A stretch of 64,000 nucleotides of DNA. Origin: Eledone cirrhosa (Eukaryota). The stretch lies in contig OZ024741.1 of the NCBI GenBank assembly GCA_964016885.1, positions 276,148,001 through 276,212,000 of the forward strand, given 5' to 3'. Made by a program: the position numbers and the translations under genes. How positions within the stretch are numbered: position 1 is the first letter of the stretch; every line of letters begins with the position of its first letter. Positions 60,741 to 64,000 of this stretch are shown in pieces. The notes below the pieces were generated by a model, which worked only from the letters and a program-made list of their open reading frames with translations, did no database searches and was not told where the DNA came from.

Positions 60741-61779
60741 CACCACACATACAGAATCTAAATCATATACAAGAAAATGTTCCCTGGCTGATAATTATTT
60801 TTTAACATTTAACCCCCCCCCCCCCCCCAAACTATTATTAGGGAGAGAAAGAGGGTATCCTCAGATTGGAAACTGGCCCAAATACTTGCAATAAGGTGGG
60901 CTCCATTAAATGCACTAAAGGGCCAGGTGACAGTGTTAAACTAGACAACTGATTCAGTCTACCACCCAAGTAAGCCATGTCAGGATTTGAACTCAGAATG
61001 CAAGGAGCTGGAACAAATACACAGTTAAAACATTTCTGCCAATTCACTGTCCCCCTAGGACTCTGGATGTTCAGTTGAGACACCCCTCAAATCACTCCCT
61101 AGTATGTCTTTAAAAAAAAAGACATAATGGATAATGTGTTTCAGGATTCCCTGCATATTATCATCATCTGGTCGAGCTTAATCAGACAATCATGAGCCTA
61201 GCACACCATCCACCACGATCAAGTGTTGGGAGGTCATTAGCAGAGCATCTTGTGTCTCTACATAGTTGGTCCATGTGAGTTAGATCTGGTCAGCCAACCC
61301 ATCCTCGGACTGCAGCTAGGTGCCCAAAGCAAAAGATCTTGCTTTACTCGCCTGCAAGTCACATTCTTTGTTCCGCAATATTGTAGATAATATCAGAGAT
61401 GGGACCAAAGAGCAGTTCTTTAGTAAGATGCTGTGTCTATGAGATATTAAGTACAGCCCTCAGCATTCATGTATAAGTTCCCTGCATATAAGTGGGAAAA
61501 TACAGGATGATAACTACTGAAGTGCTTTTGATCATATGTCTGTTCAATCAAGACTGACCTGGGGCTAAACAACAACAGCGACTCTGAATAAATACTTGCA
61601 CAGAAGAGAAATGGACAGTGTAAGCTGTAGTGAAAGCAACCTGTCTAGGAGAGCAGTGATTTTGAATAAAAACTGATACAGTGTAGAGGAAACACTCAAG
61701 TCCTGATAGACAACCTCTCCAGTGCTGATGGTACAACAAAAAAACCTCCCTAGTGCTGGAGACGTGATAAAATGCATCA

Positions 61780-62270
61780 AGTCTGCACCTTTTTATACAG
61801 CTGTCATCCTTCACATGCATCACATGTCCATACCAACGCAATCTCCTCTCTTGCACATTGCAAGAGAGGAGATTGCGTTGGTATGGACATGTCTAGCGGT
61901 TCACATAAATTACTATTACACATTCAATGGATCATGCAAGCTTTATTCTTTTCCAATCTACACAAGTCTTCTGCACACAGCACCCAGGTCTCACTACCAT
62001 ACAACATTGTTGTTTGTATGCACACATCATACAGTCTCTTTCATTTTGAGGGAAAAGCCTTTTGTAGTTAGCAATGGCAGTAGCTCCCTCAACTTCTTCC
62101 ATCCTATTCTCACTCTGGATACTGTACTTTCAGAACACCCACCTCCACTGCTAATTTGGTCACCCAGGTAGCAGATGTTGTTTAATGCGTCTACTGAACC
62201 TTCCAGGAATTTGATAGTGCTTGTTTCCTGTAGTCATTTTCTGTTTACTGCCCCAATACAGCGGCTAGCA
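61780..62270 (-). mobile_element. Rearranged RTE LINE fragment
   Basis: QERRLRWYGHVMHVKDDSCIKRC; short internal inverted duplication at 61825-61892. Confidence 0.8.
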
Positions 62271-62689
62271 GCTAAATTGTATGATAAAGTTATATCTATA
62301 AAAATACAAAGTGTGTAACCGAGACTGCACCAACGTCTATAAATAATATACACATATCTAATATGTAGGTATGTTGTAAACATGCCAGAAAATACAAATT
62401 TCCCTGTAAATTGAAAAGATGATAAACAGTTTTAATCGATTTTCTATACAAACATATATATATATGTATGTAAAAGGTAAGCAGAAATAACAACACAATT
62501 GGTACAGTATATATACATCATCATCATCATTTTACGTCCGCTTTTCCCTGCGTGCAAGGGTGGGACGGGAACTGATTCTGGCTTGATTTCTACAGCTGGA
62601 TGCCCTTCCTAACACCAACCTCATTTACAGTGAGTACTGGGTGCTTTTTTGCCGCGGCGCCTACACGACAACTTTACAGTGGAATGATA

Positions 62690-62853
62690 GGGACCCCAGT
62701 CCCTATCATCTCATTTCTACAGCTGAGTAAACTGGAGCAATGTGAAATAAAGTGTCTTGCTCAAGGAAACAACACATCACCCGGTCTGAGAATTGAACTC
62801 ACAACCTTTCGATTGCGAGTCCAATGCTCTAACCACTAAGCCACGTGCCTCCA
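62690..62853 (-). mobile_element. tRNA-derived SINE, next to an RTE 3' UTR fragment (62515-62682)
   Basis: GGCACGTGGCTTAGTGGTTAGAGC...GAGTTCAATTC...CCTTGAGCAAGACACTT. Confidence 0.82.
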
Positions 62854-62869
62854 TACATATATATATATA

Positions 62870-63972
62870 TCATCATCATCATCATCATCACCGTTTTACG
62901 TCCGTTCTTCCACGCTAGCATGGGTTAGACGGGTTGTCCTGTTGTGGGCAGTGTCTGGTCGGCTGACCATGCCTTGCTCATACAGGAACTGATCTGGCTT
63001 GATTTCTACAGCTGGATGCCCTTCCTAACACCAAGCTCATTTACAGTGAGTGCTGGGTGCTTTTTCGTGGCGCCTACACGTCCACTTTACAGTGTGGGCT
63101 GGGTGCTTTTTTGCCGTGGCACCTCCACGGCCACCTTGCGGTGGAGGGGGGGGGGGATATTGTTTATATGCTTCAGCATGTACCCATGGGAGGTCGGGTA
63201 CCCTGTATTACTGCGTGACGCCAGAAGTCACGGTCGTGTGTCATTGACTTTGAGAGGTGTAGTTGGGTAAGGTCGGCTTTTATCACCTCATCCCAAGTCA
63301 TCTTGGGTCTCCCCACTCCGCGGTTTCCATCAACTTCTAGTGCTCTGCACCTTTTTATGCAGCTGTCATCCTTCATACGCATCACATGTCCATACCAGCG
63401 TAACCGCCTCTCCTGCACGCAGCATTTGATTCCTCTTATGCTCAGTCTCTCTCTCAATTCCTTTATGCTTTGTCGTTCACGTATATTACTGTTACACATC
63501 CATCGGAGCATGCAGGCTTCGTTTCTCTCTAATCTACGTAAGTCTTCCACCTTCAGCGCCCAGGTCTCACTACCATGCAACATCGCTGTTCGGATACACG
63601 CATCATACAGTCTGCCTTTCATTCTGAGGGAGAAGCCTTTTGCAGCTAGCAGTGGTAGTAGTTCCCTAAACTTCTTCCATCCCGTTCTTACCCTAGTTAT
63701 TGTACTTTCTGAGCACCCACCTCCGTTGCTAATTCGGTCACCTAGGTAGCAGAAGCTGTCTACTGTTTCTACAGGGCCCTCCCAGAGATTGGTGGTACTT
63801 GTTTCCTGTGGCTGTTTGCTTGCTGTTTCAGCACAGCTGCTGCATGTGAATCCTACATTCTTAATTAAGCTTCCTGAGATCCCGCTACATCTCTTGTGTA
63901 CCCATTGTTTGCATTTGGGGCAGAGAATGGAGTTTCTACCTACACCTTTCCTACATACTGAGCAAGGCCATA
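62870..63972 (-). mobile_element. RTE-clade LINE, 5'-truncated, well preserved
   Basis: ORF 63173-63622, PHD-like segment at 63830-63970, repeated 3' UTR, (CAT)n tail. Confidence 0.95.
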
Positions 63973-64000
63973 TATATTAAAACCTACTACAGCCAGTAGG

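Noticed and set aside
60040-62420. Candidate upstream UFD1 exons at acceptor-like sites (~60125, ~62403)
   Set aside because: No UFD1-like translation with a compatible phase-0 donor; the next exon is probably outside the window or was not recognised

Overview
AT-rich, repeat-dense eukaryotic DNA. The SINE/LINE repertoire and microsatellite load suggest an octopus or other coleoid cephalopod (inference). Two spliced genes lie on the minus strand and are largely missed by the ORF track. UFD1 contributes its last three coding exons (57730-57642, 55979-55904, 32391-32332 with stop). CutC starts about 3.7 kb downstream and contributes its first five coding exons (28610-28559, 11690-11631, 9800-9632, 8052-8012, 4684-4649), continuing beyond the left edge. 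The last UFD1 intron (~23.5 kb) is almost filled by a ~21.5 kb array of a 48-bp satellite that derives from the repeated 3' UTR of the local RTE LINE family and carries an ~8.1 kb higher-order duplication. The long Cys/His ORFs in the track are by-products of this array. The most unusual signal is a cluster of minimal type I hammerhead ribozymes of Penelope-like/retrozyme type in CutC intron 1. It includes a 272-bp palindrome with a compensatory U3:A8 core variant in each arm and a ~421-bp partially tandem unit. Also present: RTE, CR1, CRE and Penelope relics, tRNA-derived SINEs, non-autonomous Helitrons, piggyBac and Tc1/mariner MITEs, and a 4.4 kb two-state 29-bp G-rich minisatellite. Exon and ribozyme coordinates were read base by base; transposon boundaries are approximate.
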